DNA from: Lama guanicoe
Taxonomy: Eukaryota
Assembly (NCBI GenBank): GCA_013239625.1
Contig: MU055488.1
Location: 9,275-73,274, forward strand
Reading direction: 5' to 3'
DNA length: 64,000 nt
The notes beneath the pieces are model-generated. The model was given only the letters and a program-made list of their open reading frames with translations. It did no database searches and had not been told where the DNA came from. This document shows, one piece after another, positions 59,721 through 64,000 of the stretch. The stretch's first letter is position 1, and the number at the start of each line of letters is the position of its first letter. The position numbers and the translations under genes were made by a program.

Positions 59721-61559
59721 TGAACAAATGATGTCTGATATGCTTAAAATCCTGCTGAATATTGGTAATAGCAAAAGGTTGGAAATAAATACAACAGCCT
59801 AACATAAGAGACCTAGTGAATTAAATCTATGTTGTGCCAAGTCTCAGTGTATTATATCTCTGCTCTAAATTCAAACTTCATTGCCTGCTCTATGAAAATG
59901 CATCCGAGTCCCTTATTTTTTCTGTGCGCTCTGGTGTGATGTTAAGCTTTGTCCGTATAGGGTACCGGAAACACACTCCAGGAGGAAGAGTTTCTCTTCC
60001 TGGCTCTGGTTCTGGTTCTGATGTGCTGGATACACAGGCTCCTGCAGTGCATCAGTTTCTCCAGTGTCCAGCTGTTACAGTACACACTGGCCAGCCGCAC
60101 CCAGCATCCACCACCTTCCCCCTAAACCCGTTAAGCGGTTTTGTAGGTTTTGTAGCAGAGAGCTGCCAGTGAGACTGCAGTCAGAGCTGAAGTAAGACAT
60201 GTACAAGGAAATGTGTTAAAAAGCAAAGAGACTATTAGTGTCTCATCAGAAGAATTTAGGAGCTTAACTGTAGAGATTTTCATTGAAAAGAAAAGATTTG
60301 AGTGTCAATAAGAACCATAATTCGAATGAGTTAAAAATCATGTGTTTAAATCTGTAATTCATAATGATATTTCTAAAATTCTTTGATCATTTTCGGAGGG
60401 AGCTGAGAAACAAACTCTGATTTTTTGAGTGGTTAATAAAGGGAAAGAATCAAGCATTTTTCCTGTCTCTCTTCATGAGATTTACAACAGAATAACCAAA
60501 TAGTAGGTAAAAAGACTTTCTCATTATGGAAGTATTCCTGATAATAAATGAAGAAGAAATGATAAGATTAAAACATGACCCTAATGAATGAATAGATCGA
60601 GGCTGCTAATTAACATCACAAAAAGGACGGACATTAAAACCTCCTGATGGAATTTCACAACCCATCTATGAAGTAGTATAGACAAAAAATTTTCACCTAA
60701 CTGTGATCAAGCCACTAGAATGTTCTAACTACCCTTTATTGGAAATTCAGAACAAGGGGGCGCTAAAGAACTCCACAAGGATGCAGTCAGCAATTGCTGA
60801 AAACCTTATGGGCAAACAACCTGATTTCTTTACGATAGTACGCAAGGAGAGAGAGAGAGAGGTGGATGGAAACCACAGATTTAAAAGACAAACCAAATGG
60901 CTCCACAAAAAACCCTTAAGACTGGGAACTCCCTATACTATGTTTATAACTTTCAAGTGAGTCTTAGGGTTTTTTGTTTTTTTCAGAAACTACAAGAAAA
61001 AGAATTTTAAGAGAGACTTAAACACACAAACCAATTGAAATATAGATTAATAAAACACTGAAGCTTATTTAGATCCTGATTGAAACTAAAAAAACGATGA
61101 AACGACTGGGAAACCTTGACATTACATGTTTGATGAAATTAATTGTAATTTACTTTTTTCACACAGTATTGTGATTATGTTTTTAAAATATTAACAAAAT
61201 ATATACAAATGACAACCTAAAAGTATCCTTTTATTCATGCTAATAATTGAAGATGTTTTTTGAGACGTGCTGACAGGGATTTCAGTAATGCAGACGATTA
61301 ATCTGAAAGTCAGTTAGGACCTGCATTTAACATGCGTTTGTAAAAAGAAGTACGAACCAAAAACTATAAACAAACATAAGTTTTAATGGATAAATACTTA
61401 AGATCCTAGTCAGGTTCTGGGACCTGGAATAGCCTTAAATGTTTTGCTGAGCTCTATGACCCCGGGGTGAGGAGGGAGAAGGTTCTCGAGATTTCTGAGA
61501 ACTGCTGGTGTTTGACAGACACGCGCACGCTTTTCCGCAGTCCCCCGAACCCTCCCAGG

Positions 61560-62620
61560 TGTGTCCCTCATTCCCAGCGGGCTGTACTGAACGTGCACAG
61601 CGGACGGAGCTCAACACCTCCGCTGGCCCCGCGTCCCTACGGCTTTGCCGGGAGGCGGAGGGCGGACGCAGGTACAGCGCCTCGCGCCCCCGACGGCGCC
61701 ACGTGCTCCCGGGCCCGCAGCGCGTGCGCACTGCCGCCACCCCGGCCTACGTGACGCGCCTCGGGCCAGCTATGGCGGCGGGTCGGGAGGCGACATCTCC
61801 GCCGGCCCGAACCGGTAGGAAGGCGCGCGTCCGGCGTCCAGCTGACTGGCCCGAGAGCCCGGGAAGGACCCCGACCCACCCTTAACGACCGTCAGTCTGC
61901 TAGCCCTGAGCCAGTAGGCCGCCGAAACCCACGCGAGAAAATGTCTGGGCCTCCGCGGGCTCCCGACGGGGCGGGACTGGCTCCGCCCCCGCGCGCTCCT
62001 ATTGGTTCCGACGGCGGACACGCCCCTTTCCCGCGCTCTCATTGGCCTAGGCAGGGCCCCGTAGCGTGGAGCCGCACCGTCCTCCGCGCGCTCCGATTGG
62101 TTTTGGGTTGTGGGGCGCCCGTTCTCCGAGCTCTCATTGGCCGAGCGGAGCCGCTGGGGGTGGGGCCGCGCCGAGGCGACAACAACAAAGGGCGGCGGGT
62201 AGCAGGCGGCAGTGACCAGATCTCTCAGTGCTCTCCACCGGCTGCGCGCCCGGACTCGCCCGCCCGGCTCCAGATGAAGTGTGAGCACTGCACGCGGAAG
62301 GTGGGCTGCGCGCGCTCGGGGCCGGGGTCGGGGTCGGGCGCCGGCGGTCGGGGGCCGCGGTAGGGGGCTGGAGGGGACTGCGCTCGCGAAGCCCGGGGCC
62401 TCAGGACGTCGGGAGCCCGGCAGCTCCGAGCGCCTCTGCCTCCGCACGGTCTCCCGCCAGCGGCTCGCGGCCTCTCTGGGGCGGCGGCGGCTGTGGGGGA
62501 GCCGCCGGCGCGTCGGGTTCCCGCCCCCGGGGGCGGCGTGACGACGGCGCGCGCTCGCTCTTTCTGGTTTTCCGCGCGCTTGTCTGTCCTTTCCAAGTAC
62601 CTTCGAGGCTGGAAACCCCC
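61560..62620 (+). promoter_or_regulatory. NARF CpG island/promoter: four ATTGG (CCAAT) boxes, GC boxes, TACGTG and CACGTG
   Basis: ATTGG at 62001, 62041, 62096 and 62136; TACGTG at 61748; CACGTG at 61700. Confidence 0.75.
62274..62300 (+). CDS. NARF: NARF (nuclear prelamin A recognition factor) coding exon 1
   Basis: MKCEHCTRK|gtgggc. Confidence 0.9.
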
Positions 62621-63249
62621 AGAAAAAGCAGCCAACCTCTGCCACCGCTCAGGGCACTCGGGCAAACACCATTCTTGGTGTGAATGATCGCTACGGCGTC
62701 AAAAATGTTTCTGGGGGTGGTTTATCTTATCTAAAAACTTACATGCTTATAGTAACGGACCAGTACAGAAGCGCAGGAAGGAAACGTGGGCTGGGCCTCC
62801 TGCCACCAGGTGACTGTGACCTCCACGCTTGTCTCTAGGCTCCGATAACCTACTTAACTGTACCGCCAGGCACAGGGGCTTCTGTTTGTTTTTCAAAATG
62901 GGATCGTGTCGTAAATACTACTGCATCACTTGCACGTTCAGTTAACCTTATACCAAAGGTGCGTTTTCAGACCATTACATACGCTCCTAGTTCTGCCTGT
63001 CCAGGTGTCCAGGTAGTCAGGCGCTAAGTCACCTGTCGTGAGAGACCACCTTCCTTCTAGTTTTCAGTTCCTGCAAACGATGCAGATGTCAGGGTGGGTG
63101 TGGGTGTGTTTGTGTGTCCACAAGTCCAATTGCTCTTATTTCTGTAGAAAAGATTTCTAGGTGTGAGATTAATTGATCAACAAATACATGAATTTCTTTA
63201 ATTGGGAGATTAAAAATTGTTCTTTCACGTGTCCTTTTGCCTTTTTAAG

Positions 63250-63330
63250 GAATGTAGTAAAAAAACAAAAACTGATGACCAAGAGAATGCATCACTCGAT
63301 GTATCAAGTCCAGCCCAGGAGGATGGAGAG
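63250..63330 (+). CDS. NARF: NARF coding exon 2; the gene continues beyond the window
   Basis: ECSKKTKTDDQENASLDVSSPAQEDGE; strong acceptor; followed by gcaagt (GC donor); 81 nt. Confidence 0.85.
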
Positions 63331-63779
63331 GCAAGTAGATGTGTCCGTTCTTTGTCAGCTGTGGGGGAAATAGCTGCTGCTGCTGTTCTTCTCTCAGGGG
63401 TCCTTATCACCACGTGTCTCATTGCTCTAAGAAAGCAAGAAATGAGGGGCTAAAAGCCCCTGCCAGGGCCAGACGTGTGGGGTTGGTGAGTTGGAGGCAC
63501 ACGGTCTTCAAGGTAAGAGTGCACCAAGCCAAGACGCACTGCGTTAGGAGCAGAGAACAGTGTCGTGCTTGGCCGTTCGTTAGGAGTAGGGCTGTGATAG
63601 GTAAACCTGCAGGTTTTTTAATAATGGAAAGTTCCATTCTGTAAGATAGGGTTTCAGGAAGACAATTTATAAAGTAATTCAAATCTTACAGTTCTGTAAG
63701 TTTATTTTTCTAGTGGTTTTTTCTCCCAGTTCTTAGTGCTAAAGTTCTTAGCTGATGGTGATGGTTTACGTTTACTGGA

Positions 63780-63935
63780 TACACACCCTGAGCTCGGTGC
63801 TGGAGACAGTGGTTTGTACATGTGCTCTCATTTCTTGCTCAGGATGAGCATTTTAAGCCCCCATTTTACAGAGAGAAGGATGTGGAGGTTAAGGTCGCAT
63901 ATTCCCTCAGAAAGCACTGGTCCCCAGTGGAGGAC
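63780..63935. mobile_element. MIR SINE
   Basis: ccccattttacagagagaagga...ggaggttaagg, the MIR core motif. Confidence 0.55.
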
Positions 63936-64000
63936 TGGAGCATTGGCACCGTGGGAGAGTAGTCCTAACACGACGCTGAGTTGGCCCGGCGCTGACCTGC

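Overview
Mammalian genomic DNA, GC-rich and intron-containing. It is probably camelid, based on a Vic-1-like tRNA-derived SINE and a camelid-type L1 3' end. The block is syntenic to human 17q25.3. It holds four complete protein-coding genes and the start of a fifth: UTS2R (+, intronless GPCR CDS), OGFOD3 (-, 9 coding exons, 315 aa), HEXD (+, 12 coding exons, 504 aa), CYBC1/EROS (-, 6 coding exons, 187 aa) and the first two coding exons of NARF (+). OGFOD3 and HEXD share a head-to-head CpG island, and HEXD and CYBC1 appear to overlap tail-to-tail. The most notable hidden element is a ~610-bp antisense retroposon in a HEXD intron. It starts at the 5' end of an SNORA70 (U70) H/ACA snoRNA copy, runs through its host intron and the last two RPL10 exons with the final intron still unspliced, and ends in an A-tail with a candidate target-site duplication. 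Other oddities are an ACG in place of the orthologous UTS2R start ATG, a frameshifted and extended HEXD C-terminus, a GC-AG donor in NARF, and an 8-copy ETS-motif array at the CYBC1 promoter. Exon boundaries were read directly from the sequence. Comparisons to orthologues and repeat families come from recalled sequences and need confirming by alignment.
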